NCBI GenBank assembly: GCA_048885865.1
Contig: JBHLLF010000006.1
Coordinates: forward strand, 1 to 64,000
DNA length: 64,000 nt
Direction of reading: 5' to 3'
Origin: Candidatus Hermodarchaeota archaeon
GTDB taxonomy: Archaea; Asgardarchaeota; Thorarchaeia; Thorarchaeales; Thorarchaeaceae
Part shown: positions 20,657-31,200 of the stretch, piece after piece
How positions within the stretch are numbered: position 1 is the stretch's first letter
How the letters are laid out: each line of letters opens with the position of its first letter
Notes under the pieces: generated by a model
What the model was told of the DNA's origin: nothing
Seen by the model: only the letters and a program-made list of their open reading frames with translations
Database searches by the model: none
Program-made: the position numbers and the translations under genes

Positions 20657-21571
20657 CTAGTAACCCCAAGGCTTCTTCGCCTTCAGCTTGTTCAAGTTCT
20701 CCCATCCTATCTTCTCGAGATACTCAGCATGGTTCTCAACACCTAGAATGTATGTGTCCAAGTACTCCTGCCATCCCTCTTCCGTTCTTGTTAGTTTGTG
20801 AAACATCTGCAAATGCTCGAGGTCATAGTCATAGTAGTTGTGGCACATCATCGGGTGAGCAGTGTAAGGCAGAATCACAACATGGTCAACATACATTGCT
20901 GGAATCTTTGTCTGGTCAGGACTTGTACGTATCTCCTCTTCATCTATGAGCTCCTCGGCAAGAACTATTAGCTTCTTTCCGCATCTTGACCCCTCAATGT
21001 CCTCCCCTACAATACCGTCTATCTGCGCATTGCCCGTCATGTCCACTCTCTGAACGTGTACAATACTGAAATCAGGCTTCACTGATGGAACCAGACATAT
21101 CTTCTCCCCAGTGAAAGGACAATCAATGATCTTCAATTTCTTGTCGCCCTTGAACCGAGCCAGATTTGCCATGTCCGTTCCCATTAAGCTTCTAATGGGC
21201 ATAAATGGCACATTGAGTGAACCACCCAGAAAACGCATAGCCATTGCCAGATTGCTATAGTCCTCGACCTGCAATCTGCCCTCTGCAACTCTTCTCCTAG
21301 CGTTGTTAGATAGGCCTAGGGCTTCTATAGCTGTAAACGCAATCTCGAACTTGTCTGCCACGCCTGCGCCACACATTATTTCGAGATCGACCTCTGATCC
21401 ACAGGTCTGGATGTTGAGGTTTCGTTTCTTCTGTCTAGTCAACTCATGTGCAAAAGCAATAGGTGCTCTCTGAAATCCGAAACCGCCCCAGAAAAGCTCT
21501 GATCCATTAGGGACCATTTTCACTGCCTCTGCGAGGGTGATTCTCTTGTCTTCTACTTGTGCCTCAGTCAA
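20657..21571 (-). CDS. gctA: Family I CoA-transferase alpha subunit (glutaconate CoA-transferase-like)
   Basis: GGFGFQRAP, PFMPIRSLMGTD, CPFTGE, HVQRVD-x-TGN and YDYD; adjacent to the beta subunit. Confidence 0.85.
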   Translation of the reverse strand: MTEAQVEDKRITLAEAVKMVPNGSELFWGGFGFQRAPIAFAHELTRQKKRNLNIQTCGSEVDLEIMCGAGVADKFEIAFTAIEALGLSNNARRRVAEGRLQVEDYSNLAMAMRFLGGSLNVPFMPIRSLMGTDMANLARFKGDKKLKIIDCPFTGEKICLVPSVKPDFSIVHVQRVDMTGNAQIDGIVGEDIEGSRCGKKLIVLAEELIDEEEIRTSPDQTKIPAMYVDHVVILPYTAHPMMCHNYYDYDLEHLQMFHKLTRTEEGWQEYLDTYILGVENHAEYLEKIGWENLNKLKAKKPWGY

Positions 21572-21656
21572 GACTACTCACCTTGTGTAAGACGCCGGTG
21601 ATGCTCGAAGTCGGTCAAAAAAAGGTTCCTTTTATCTTTGACTGGACAAGCCGCTT

Positions 21657-21809
21657 CTAAGATGATTCCTGCTCGTCCTCATCATCTTCCGTTTCTCTGG
21701 ATTTCTTGGGTTTAACCCCTTTCAGCCTCCAACAATCAATGCACAGCATGCGGCCTGAGGGGACTCGCTTCCCGTACCGTTCAATTGTGCCGCAAGTGTC
21801 ACAGGTCAT
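21657..21809 (-). CDS. 50-aa zinc-finger microprotein with acidic tail (absent from ORF track)
   Basis: Hand translation: MTCDTCGTIERYGKRVPSGRMLCIDCWRLKGVKPKKSRETEDDEDEQESS*. Two CxxC pairs; fills an intergenic gap. Confidence 0.75.
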   Translation of the reverse strand: MTCDTCGTIERYGKRVPSGRMLCIDCWRLKGVKPKKSRETEDDEDEQESS

Positions 21810-21893
21810 AGCAGAATTAACCTTGCGAGTTTGTTGATTAATGCTATGATATGTAGGTCATCTTGAACAATAATTGCTGGTTCCTCAGAAGCC

Positions 21894-24800
21894 TCATAAA
21901 TCCGAAACATCTTCGCTCCTCTGAAGCCTCCCCGATTCAATTGCTTCAAGAACAATTGAATAGGCTTTCCAATCATCGACTCCGCTAAGAACAAGGCGAT
22001 CGATTATTTCATCAGGTGACAGACCTTGTGCAGTATCTGCTTCTTTAAACACGTCTTTGATTTTCTTCATCCGACGAGGCAGACGGATTCCGACCGGGAG
22101 GCTGTATGTGAAGGAGAGAGGACCATCAAAGAAAGCGAAAAAGAGAGTTTCTATGCCCTTTGCATATTCCACTGCATCTTCAACTCTCTGACTTATTTGT
22201 GCTAGAATGTCATCCTTGGAATCAAATTCCATCCCCAGAGCAGAACCCATTTCTTCTAGACTCTCAATTAATGAGTCTGAAGGGGAAGCCACAGTGATTA
22301 AGGCGCAAATTAGCTTCTCTGTTTCAACGGCGGATACAACCTCAGATATCGGATATGCAGTCCAGAGCTTTGCATCCTCCCTAAGCTCCGATCCGAAATT
22401 CGTTATGGCAGTGATAAATCCACTAAGCAGCCCCTCTTCGAAACCCTCCTTCATTATTCTAGAATAGATTGGAAGCCCACTGGCTTTGTGGATAACGAGA
22501 AAACCTATGATGCTTTTTACGTCTTCAAAACGCTTCTTCAAAGAGATAAGATTGTGACTACGATTTCTCCTTCTTTTCGCTGACCAGCGACGAGAGCCTG
22601 CTATCACTGCAATCAATACAATTGCAGGAAGGCTATAAGTCACAGCGATAGTTGCGCGAAGGGGAATATTGACTGTTGATACTAGTGCCAATCGTACTGT
22701 GATGGAAGTACAGTTCTCCTTTCTAATTTCAATCACTAGCCTGTAAAGCCCTTCAGGTGGTACTGGCACTCTTGCCGAGTAAAGGCCTCCTGACTCAGCA
22801 AATTCGCCACGCACCGTTGTGTTGTCTATGCTATAGGTAACAGAAGCATTGGGTATAGGCTCGCCTGTGTCATTCGCGATAAGCCTGAGTTCCAACAGTA
22901 GAGTGCTAGACTCCATGCCTATCTTTGTTTCGTCAAGTTTTGAATCAGGAGAAATGGCAAGCTGAATAGGTGTTACAACCATCAAGTAGGAAACAAGTTG
23001 GCTCTCGTACCCATATTTCGATATTGAGAAAGAAAGAGTGACAGTGCCTAATTCAATTGTATGTATGCTGAAGCTATAATATCCGATTCCTAAGTTAGAC
23101 CAAGATATCTGTTCGGCAGGGATTCCCGATTGGAGTAATGCTATTTCGGCTCCAGTCACTCCACCATATAGAGATGAGTTGTAAAGCAATATGAAGTCAT
23201 GGACAGAATCGAAGGATAACTGCGAAGGCGGGCCATTCCCAATAATAGTCGTAGGAATCGCAGAAATCTCTAGGCGAAACTCAAAGGTTTTATTTTCGTA
23301 ATTGGGCTTTGATGCCCTAATCGTGAGGAGTATAGTCCCCAGAACATCTCCTTGAATCACAAGTCTGTATCCAATTAATGTTTCAGTAACAGTGACTTGG
23401 GGCCCAACGATGATTTCAATTTCTGCCCCTGTAATATTGAATGTGATATCGGTTCTCTCATAACAAAGCAACAGCTCGTAGGATGTTGAGAAGAGGATTT
23501 GTGCAGAGGACTGCCCGGTAGAAGAACTGAGAGCTGTGGGAGCGTCCCTGGCATTGAGAGTAAACACGGCTGTGCCATTCTGATAGTTCTGCAATGAAAC
23601 ACGGAGAACTAGCGTGTAGCTTGCTCTCCATACTGGATTCAGAAGTAGTGTATAGGAGCCATTCCCGAGATCATTTGCATCAGAAATCCATACTCCTGCG
23701 GGCGGATTCATTGATATTACTGAAACTGATGCATTCGCTAAACCTTGGAGTTCTTCATCTAGGAAGTGTAGTGTCAAAGTATAATACCGGTTAATAGCAA
23801 CAGAGCCTGTCGTCGATTTCAGTGTCAGTATGCTTGGAAGGGGTGAAACACCTAGCGAGAACACTCTTGAACGGTATTGATGATTGACTAGATCAGCTGT
23901 AATTAGTATTGTATATGTACCAGTCAAAGTGGGAGTCAGAAGAATCGAATACGTACCATTTCCTTGATACTGAGTTGGACCTGCGATCAAGCCCAATTCT
24001 GGAATGATGCTCGCGATACTAACATTTGCACCAGATAATCCATGTCCAGTTGCATTTAGATATTGAACAGTGAGACTGAATTGCTCAGTAATGGATATTG
24101 CAGATCCTGTTCCGCTGAGAAGATTCAGCTCTGTAGCAATAGGTCCTACATCTAGCACGAATGTAGTGATGGGGTCATTTACTCCTGTCTTGATTCCACG
24201 GACAGTAATTTGGTAATAGCCGCTCATTGAGAAACTGAGCTCAATTGTGTAATTGCCAGGTTCTCCCATCACAGGTAAAGACCCTGACCAGTCTAAACCT
24301 CCATCAGGGCCAGTCCAAGAGTAGACCTCTATTGTAGCACCTTCTACTCCGGTATGATCAAGGAACTCGTAGCGAACCTTTGCGGTGAAAGACTCACCTA
24401 GATTGATAGCTGAATAGCTTGGTGCCAAGAGGTTTAGCACAGCAGGAGATGTCACATGGATTTTAAAGGTGCAGCTTGCATTTTCGTAGAATTGAAAGGA
24501 GGCATTCACAAGAACAGTGTAGATTCCTGTTCCTACGAGAGAGGTATCGAAATCAGCTTCCCACCATCCCTTCGCTAGATTCGGTGCGAGAGTCACTGGT
24601 CCATTCGACCAATTTGCAGCCACATTTGCAGATGCATCAAGCAGTAGCCCACCAGTATCACCATCCCAAAATGTAACCGATCCTGTTACATTAGTGCCGA
24701 ATTCAGCTTCAAAGATTGATTGAGAAGGCGCTAGTGTTGTCCCATGATGCACCTGGAATGATATCTGGCTGAATGCTACAGCAGTGTCGTTCTTCCAGAA

Positions 24801-26552
24801 CACTTCAGTGAACCAAATCCCAGGTGTGGAGTTATTTGGTCCAAAGGTAATAGCAGAGCTGCTCGCATCTCCGTTACTGTCACCATCTACTGCTTCAAAG
24901 AACCATTCTGTTCCATTCGGCATTGACCACCGGATTTCGATATTAAGAGGAGAATCAGGAAAGGAGCTGCCATGCCCTAAGGATATCCAAGCTCTCGCTC
25001 TATCGCCTGCGTGGAATATTTCATTGTCAAGCCAGTCCGAAAGAGTCTCATTGAAGACCTGTGTGTCAAGCTGTTCCATATGGTTTGGAGCATCAAGTGT
25101 GAATCTCCACCATCCTATTGCATTCGTTACCGGAGCTTCAATTTGGATGAGCCCTGGAAGTAAAGCTACCTGCGATGTCACATCGACTGAAAATGCGTCA
25201 TACACAGACGCATTCTGGTAGACATCTGAGAAAGAAACAATCATGCTAAATCCCTCCAATTTTGCGTGCTCCGGGACATAGCTGTAGAATTGCAGCTCAG
25301 GACTTGACCCTGCTTGGACATTGAACGAAATTCCAATGGCGGATGGGTTTGTGGAGGTTGTGGAGTCAATATAACGCAACACACTAACAAAACGCGCTTC
25401 ATATTCAAAGGAAACCGGTGTGGTTGCTGAGAGGGAGAGTGATACTGGGCTTGTTTCCCAATATGTGTAGTTGACAAGTACGCGACCAGATCCCATAGTT
25501 CCGGATATGAGAGTCGTGCCGACTAATGGAAGAGTGACCGACAATCCAGTAGCTCCGACATCGGGAGGCGTTTCACTTACTAGCGATATATCATCAAACC
25601 AGAATCGGATGTATTGTGCATTGTCGTCATTGCCATCAAAGTCTGGATTCGATGCATCCATAGTCCGGCTTTCAATGATTTCTAGCACTAGGCGAATTTC
25701 GAAGGTAGAAGCGAATCCTGATAGCTGCACCGGTGTAGCGCCGATACCATTCCACACATCTCTACTAGGAAGGGTTGTGGGATCTAGTTGCCATATCACC
25801 TCGTTATTGGTTCCATCGTCTGCTTCAACTCGGACCTCAAAGTCACCTCTATGTGTTGTTCCAATAGGACCATTCCTATAGAGGAAGCTGAAGCTCAATA
25901 GAAAGTCAGTTTCGATTGGAGAATGTTTGATGTCTTGGAACCAATATATGTAGGAATCCTTGTAGTAATTGTAAATGCCACCACCATTATCTTCGCCCTC
26001 AGCTTCAACTCCGACATACCTTGGCAAAGCATCATAATAGGATGCGCTCAAAGTCTGTTTGCCAGGCTCATCATTTGCACTGTCTGCATCCCACCCTAGC
26101 GGATGGAATGGAACTCCTCCATTTGGGTCAACATTATTCCCTGGAATCCCGTCAGCAAATGTACCATTCAAGACGAAAAGTTTCTGGAGATTAGTGACAT
26201 TTACTTCCACCTGATCACTCATCCACCCATTTGCAGAATCAAGAATCAGGTTATTTTCAACCAGAGGAGTGATGTCAGTTCGTGCTGATATCTTACCGGT
26301 GGTTTCTATATTGATTCCCGATTGATGAATATTGGCTGGATCAAGTGTCCCGCTCCGGATTTCCTCAGAAAGCACATGCTGTCGAGAGTTGGAATAGGGA
26401 GAGGATTCGTCAACACCAGGATTATCGCAGATTCCTTCTTGCATTGTGTAGGAACATGATGATGCCCCCATATTTGCAAGGCATGGCGGTCCGGCTATGA
26501 TAGTCGCAAGGACCACTACACTGAGGAAGAGCTTTCGATTCATCTCCCACAT
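21894..26552 (-). CDS. 1552-aa single-pass surface protein: signal peptide, Ig-like repeats, TM, cytoplasmic longin-like domain
   Basis: Signal peptide; about 7 G-x-x-[G/N]A-x-[V/I]...G-x-Y repeats; many N-x-S/T sequons; TM followed by RRWSAKRRRNRS; tail IIGFLVIHKASGLPIYSR...LLSGFITAITNFGSEL. Confidence 0.85.
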   Translation of the reverse strand: MWEMNRKLFLSVVVLATIIAGPPCLANMGASSCSYTMQEGICDNPGVDESSPYSNSRQHVLSEEIRSGTLDPANIHQSGINIETTGKISARTDITPLVENNLILDSANGWMSDQVEVNVTNLQKLFVLNGTFADGIPGNNVDPNGGVPFHPLGWDADSANDEPGKQTLSASYYDALPRYVGVEAEGEDNGGGIYNYYKDSYIYWFQDIKHSPIETDFLLSFSFLYRNGPIGTTHRGDFEVRVEADDGTNNEVIWQLDPTTLPSRDVWNGIGATPVQLSGFASTFEIRLVLEIIESRTMDASNPDFDGNDDNAQYIRFWFDDISLVSETPPDVGATGLSVTLPLVGTTLISGTMGSGRVLVNYTYWETSPVSLSLSATTPVSFEYEARFVSVLRYIDSTTSTNPSAIGISFNVQAGSSPELQFYSYVPEHAKLEGFSMIVSFSDVYQNASVYDAFSVDVTSQVALLPGLIQIEAPVTNAIGWWRFTLDAPNHMEQLDTQVFNETLSDWLDNEIFHAGDRARAWISLGHGSSFPDSPLNIEIRWSMPNGTEWFFEAVDGDSNGDASSSAITFGPNNSTPGIWFTEVFWKNDTAVAFSQISFQVHHGTTLAPSQSIFEAEFGTNVTGSVTFWDGDTGGLLLDASANVAANWSNGPVTLAPNLAKGWWEADFDTSLVGTGIYTVLVNASFQFYENASCTFKIHVTSPAVLNLLAPSYSAINLGESFTAKVRYEFLDHTGVEGATIEVYSWTGPDGGLDWSGSLPVMGEPGNYTIELSFSMSGYYQITVRGIKTGVNDPITTFVLDVGPIATELNLLSGTGSAISITEQFSLTVQYLNATGHGLSGANVSIASIIPELGLIAGPTQYQGNGTYSILLTPTLTGTYTILITADLVNHQYRSRVFSLGVSPLPSILTLKSTTGSVAINRYYTLTLHFLDEELQGLANASVSVISMNPPAGVWISDANDLGNGSYTLLLNPVWRASYTLVLRVSLQNYQNGTAVFTLNARDAPTALSSSTGQSSAQILFSTSYELLLCYERTDITFNITGAEIEIIVGPQVTVTETLIGYRLVIQGDVLGTILLTIRASKPNYENKTFEFRLEISAIPTTIIGNGPPSQLSFDSVHDFILLYNSSLYGGVTGAEIALLQSGIPAEQISWSNLGIGYYSFSIHTIELGTVTLSFSISKYGYESQLVSYLMVVTPIQLAISPDSKLDETKIGMESSTLLLELRLIANDTGEPIPNASVTYSIDNTTVRGEFAESGGLYSARVPVPPEGLYRLVIEIRKENCTSITVRLALVSTVNIPLRATIAVTYSLPAIVLIAVIAGSRRWSAKRRRNRSHNLISLKKRFEDVKSIIGFLVIHKASGLPIYSRIMKEGFEEGLLSGFITAITNFGSELREDAKLWTAYPISEVVSAVETEKLICALITVASPSDSLIESLEEMGSALGMEFDSKDDILAQISQRVEDAVEYAKGIETLFFAFFDGPLSFTYSLPVGIRLPRRMKKIKDVFKEADTAQGLSPDEIIDRLVLSGVDDWKAYSIVLEAIESGRLQRSEDVSDL

Positions 26553-26772
26553 TCCGCCGCATATGTTTTGAAAGCGCTCGTTATGCGTTATTCGTTGAAT
26601 ACCTATTGCCTTTACAATTCGACTTGCTCAGTATATATGTTAAGGCGGCTTGAATTTCTTCAAAGAAAGACGAAAAACCTATGGATTTTCGAATATAGAG
26701 ATCATCAGACCATATGTTAACTATAGTTATCCTTATATGTAGTTCTTTCTGAAATAGAATGAGGGAGACGAG

Positions 26773-27576
26773 TTGAACAATAAACCTAGTATTCTCCAAG
26801 TAGTAAACATATTTGCAATTATCATCACAATAGTAGTCAATGCGTTAGCGGAGATAATCCCGATTAATGGTGTTACTTCCAATGTCATATCCGACTCGTA
26901 TCCGAGTCTTTTCACTCCACCGGGCTATGTCTTCTCAATTTGGAGCGTCATCTATACCCTATTGATAGTCTTCATGATCTATCAAGCGCTTCCGAGTCAG
27001 AGAAACGCAGCATATCTTAAGCCAACCGGTGTTTTCTTTGTTCTAGGCGGTATCATCAACAATTCGTGGCTTATTGTGTTCCACTATGCCTACGAACAGC
27101 CTGGAATCTATGTCTTCACTCCAATCCTAATCGGGCTATTCCTTGTTTTGATGTTATACACATATGTCAAATTGGAAATAGGAGTGGTCAATGTGCCGCT
27201 GAAGCAGAAGATCGCAGTCCATCTGCCTATCAGCGTATACGCAGGTTGGATATCTCTAGCAGTTATTGCCAACATTGCATCAGTTCTGAATGTGATTATT
27301 CCCGGGATTCCTATTGCGGCACAGGAGCTTTGGACGGCACTCGTGATTCTAGTTGCACTCGTCATCACGATGCTCATGCTAGCCATTCGTCGAGACGCAG
27401 CGTATGGCTTGGTAGTTATTTGGGCTACGGTCGGTATCGCAACAAAGCAAAGTGTGTTTCCGATTATCTACTTCACAGCCATCGGTACTGCATTGATCAT
27501 CGCATTAGCAATTTTCTTGCTTCCAATTATTACAAGAAAGGGCTTCGGGAGATTCTATCTCCGAAATTCCGAGTGA
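26773..27576 (+). CDS. TspO/tryptophan-rich sensory protein-like multi-pass membrane protein
   Basis: FTPPGYVFSIWSVIY, NNSWLIVFHY, PISVYAGWISLA and YGLVVIWA; about 8 TM segments. Confidence 0.75.
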   Translation: MNNKPSILQVVNIFAIIITIVVNALAEIIPINGVTSNVISDSYPSLFTPPGYVFSIWSVIYTLLIVFMIYQALPSQRNAAYLKPTGVFFVLGGIINNSWLIVFHYAYEQPGIYVFTPILIGLFLVLMLYTYVKLEIGVVNVPLKQKIAVHLPISVYAGWISLAVIANIASVLNVIIPGIPIAAQELWTALVILVALVITMLMLAIRRDAAYGLVVIWATVGIATKQSVFPIIYFTAIGTALIIALAIFLLPIITRKGFGRFYLRNSE

Positions 27577-27589
27577 GATAGATTGAGGA

Positions 27590-27613
27590 GAGTGGTGTTC
27601 TCGAGCACCACTC
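27590..27613. terminator. Hairpin between convergent genes (possible terminator)
   Basis: GAGTGGTGTT-CTCG-AGCACCACTC, a 10-bp stem with one G-U, between stops at 27576 (+) and 27637 (-). Confidence 0.45.
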
Positions 27614-27636
27614 CCTGCATGCTGGCAAATGTCAAA

Positions 27637-27924
27637 TCACTTGAGTCTGCTCCAAGATGGCTCTCCCTTCATCATGCTTGAGATCAATAGACCTCGCTCT
27701 TCCATGTTCTGCAGATGCCATCTGAACTCATTTAATCCAATGATTATGTCTCCAGAGATGTAGTGGAACTTCTGATAGAGTGTTGCCTCGAATTGGATAC
27801 TCGCCTTACCAAATGCCAGCAAGATTAGCTCCTCAACCTGTGGCGGCACAGTGTTGGGTGGCTGTAGTGGAGGTTCGATATGTCCTGGTGGGCGTGCGTC
27901 TTGAAAGACCACTTGGATCACCAA
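27637..27924 (-). CDS. Small hypothetical protein, possible winged-helix C-terminus
   Basis: Pro-rich N-terminus, then EFRWHLQNMEERGLLISS resembling a wHTH helix plus wing; TATA-like TTATATATAC about 20 nt upstream. Confidence 0.55.
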   Translation of the reverse strand: MVIQVVFQDARPPGHIEPPLQPPNTVPPQVEELILLAFGKASIQFEATLYQKFHYISGDIIIGLNEFRWHLQNMEERGLLISSMMKGEPSWSRLK

Positions 27925-28053
27925 GACATCTTCCTCTTGAGTATATATAATGACGATTTTTCACAATACTGAAGTTAGGCAGAAAACGGAACTCATAACT
28001 TTCTAAATTGAGAATTAATCTTTAAGACGGTTCAAATTGCTTGATTGGAACGT

Positions 28054-28074
28054 ATAATTGATTTAATCGATTAT
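28054..28074. promoter_or_regulatory. AT-rich near-perfect palindrome (candidate operator) in divergent promoter region
   Basis: ATAATTGATT-T-AATCGATTAT, 9/10 match. Confidence 0.3.
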
Positions 28075-28254
28075 TCTGTGAATGGACTCGTTGTCTGAAG
28101 CACAGATTAACGAAAAGTGTGCCATTTTTTCGACAGTCTATGTGCAACAAATCCTCAAATTAACTCAAAGCCATGTATAGACACTTGAAACGCCACATTT
28201 CGGGATAGAGCATGTACAACATGGTTTCCCGAAAGAATCGCTTGTCTATCTGAA

Positions 28255-31200
28255 GTGATTTTGATGAGTTCAAACCGAATCTTGAGCGGCCGCAGACCCA
28301 CTGCAAGTCCATTAACAGTGAGTCAAAGAGAGTTGTTGAGGATAGGAATACCGCTTCTTATAGCTATCCTCCTATTGGTGCCCCTATGCTCGATGGATGT
28401 CACCATTCAGCCCTTTTCAGATACTGATAGGGGAATTGATGAACGATATGAGCCGGCGTCAAACCTGATCAGGATTAATCTGCCATACTTTGTTGGGTCA
28501 GTGGCAGCAGGCAACACCACACATGGTCGGGGTGTGGCATGGATCTTCAATGATACGCTTCGCTTCAAGGACCCGGTGAACTCAGTCGATGCCTCAGTGA
28601 ACATAGGACTGGGAGATCCAATCTTCCACACACTAGTTGGAACAGATGTGGACCTGGATGGGCATACTGAGTTTCTATTCATGATGTTCAATATGACCAA
28701 CTTGAACCTGGTTATTGTCGATTTTGATGGGGGAGGATCAGCAACTATGTACGACTATAATAAAATAGCAGACCCAACGGGTATCATCGTTGGTGACTTC
28801 AATGGTGACTCAGTAATTGATGCCGGGGTATACAGCAGACACCGATTGATCACAAAAGACCTTGGTAGTGGTACAGAATTAGGTGATTTCCCTCAGATTC
28901 CATTCACCACAGAAGAGATTGTAAAGGTTTGTACAGGCGACTTCTCACTTGTGCCTGGTGACGAAATAGCAGTTATGTATGTTCAAGATCCGTGGACACC
29001 TAGCAGTAGAGTGTTCGTTGACACCATTTTTGGCGATGGTACATCAATCAATCCGATTCCCCTTCAATCTAGTCTTAATGTTCAAGGTTTTGACATGGTA
29101 TCATTCGAGCATGGCAGCGACCTCGATAACCTCGCAATAACGATGCTTGACTCTCTCGCTCAGGAAAGCGTTATGGTTGCTATAAATGCAAATCTTACTC
29201 CAAGGTTTTCAGTAAGAGATGCAAAGTATCTAGGAGAGTCATATGTGAAGACAGGCAAGTTCAATATGGACTCGCAGGAAGACTTGGTGGTTGTCCCCGG
29301 GCAGTACTTCACTTTGACTACTGTTAACGGAGCTGATGGGAGGGTTATGAGAATGTCAGCAGAAGCATGCATTAGCATGTCTTCGAACGCATTCGCAATA
29401 GGACTGCTTGACTCGGATTCTTACTCTGACATCGCAGTGGAGGGAGAAAGAGGACAGTTTGCCTTGTACAGGGGCTTCAATGCAGAAACGGGCTATGAAG
29501 ATCCAAGACTACCTGCTCCCTTTGAACAGATTCTTGCCTATGATATCAATGGTGATGGCAGAGATGATGTAGTGACCCTCTATGGACAAATCAACGTCCT
29601 TCTCAGTGATACAGACCCTCCGCAGGTGACATTAGACCCACTTTATCCGACTCATCCAACTATCTATGACCCGTACTTGAAGGTGGAATTAACTGCTACA
29701 GACGAGATGTACATACAAGAATCAATTGTCTACATCCGTCCCGCTGATCTCATGATTCCAGGATATCAAGTCAATGAGATGACAGAAGCTCAAAATGGGA
29801 AGTACATCTTCTTCCAAACTGACCTGCAGCCAGGCAATTACGAATACTACATTGAAGTTGTGGACCCATATCTGAATACCTACTCATATGGCAATTTCAC
29901 AAATCCATATACAATGAAGGTTGAAGGACACTTTGCATCCGGAGCACAATATAACGTTACATTTGATCAAGCACAGAGACATATCTTGGCTTTGGGGAAT
30001 AACTCTCTTGGTGAAGACCGCATCTACACCGTCGTTTCGGACGCCGAACTGAAGAGCACAAGCTTGAGGGTCTTCGACACAGATTTCAATAAACTTGGAG
30101 AGTTCACATTGACTGAAACTACTGGGACTGATGAGGCATTCGAAGTATACACTGGCATGTTCGACGGCGATAACATATTGGACCCAATCCTCATCGGCAA
30201 CAATTATACCCATACCAAAGTATGGGCGTTTAATGGTGCCACATTCACGTCTTGGAGGAATGCCACCTACAATCTCTATCCTGCATTATATGACCATGGG
30301 ATGATAATTGTAGACGATGATGGAGACGCTATTGATGAATTGGCATTTGTCGGACAAAATAGTACTGGCTTCTTCCTCATTAGAGCAGATGGCGGTTTTA
30401 CATCATGGTCAGAGGCGGATCTGAAAGAAACTTCCGCAATCGTGGACTACGTTTCAATCAATATGTTCGGCACGAACCCTCAGCTTGCCATATTGAAATA
30501 TAACAACGAACTTGACTTCTACCACCTCAATAATGTAACATACCTTAAGACACTCAACTACACATCTCCAGGCGCGACTGTTTTCGACGAGCCGTTCAGT
30601 ATTCAGGTCTTCAAGAATTCTACGCACTCGAGTGCACAGCTGATGGTGGCTTATCGGGGTTGGCTTGTAGATGTGCCAACGAATTATGTCTGTCTGGTTG
30701 ACGAGAATACCATCAGCGTGGGTGATTGGCCCAGCTACACGTTCACAGGTAAACACATCAGAGTGACACTTCCTTATGACGTTGATGATGACGGGGTCGA
30801 TGAGTTATCATATATGGATGATATCGGAAACGCGTCGCTCTATGAGCTATCCTCTACAGCTGTCCAATCATGGTCAGTTTATGTGAGTGAAGCAATACCC
30901 AGAGGTGGAATAGTACTCGACTACGATGGAGATGGAGAATTGGAGTTTGTCATCTCAACGTCGGATGACCTCCTAACCGCGATCAGTTTTGACGGCAGAA
31001 TTGACTACAGAGCATATACAGGCACTGCCTTCAATATGGTTTCCATTGGGCATGTTGATGTGGGTGAGGGAGAAGACATACTGGCATTCCCAATTTTCAA
31101 GGCGCGGAATAGTCTAGCAATAATCCGTGATATTGACCTGCTCTATATGCTTGATATCAATTTCGAAATTGAGGCAAACATAACAATTCAAGGGAGTGGT

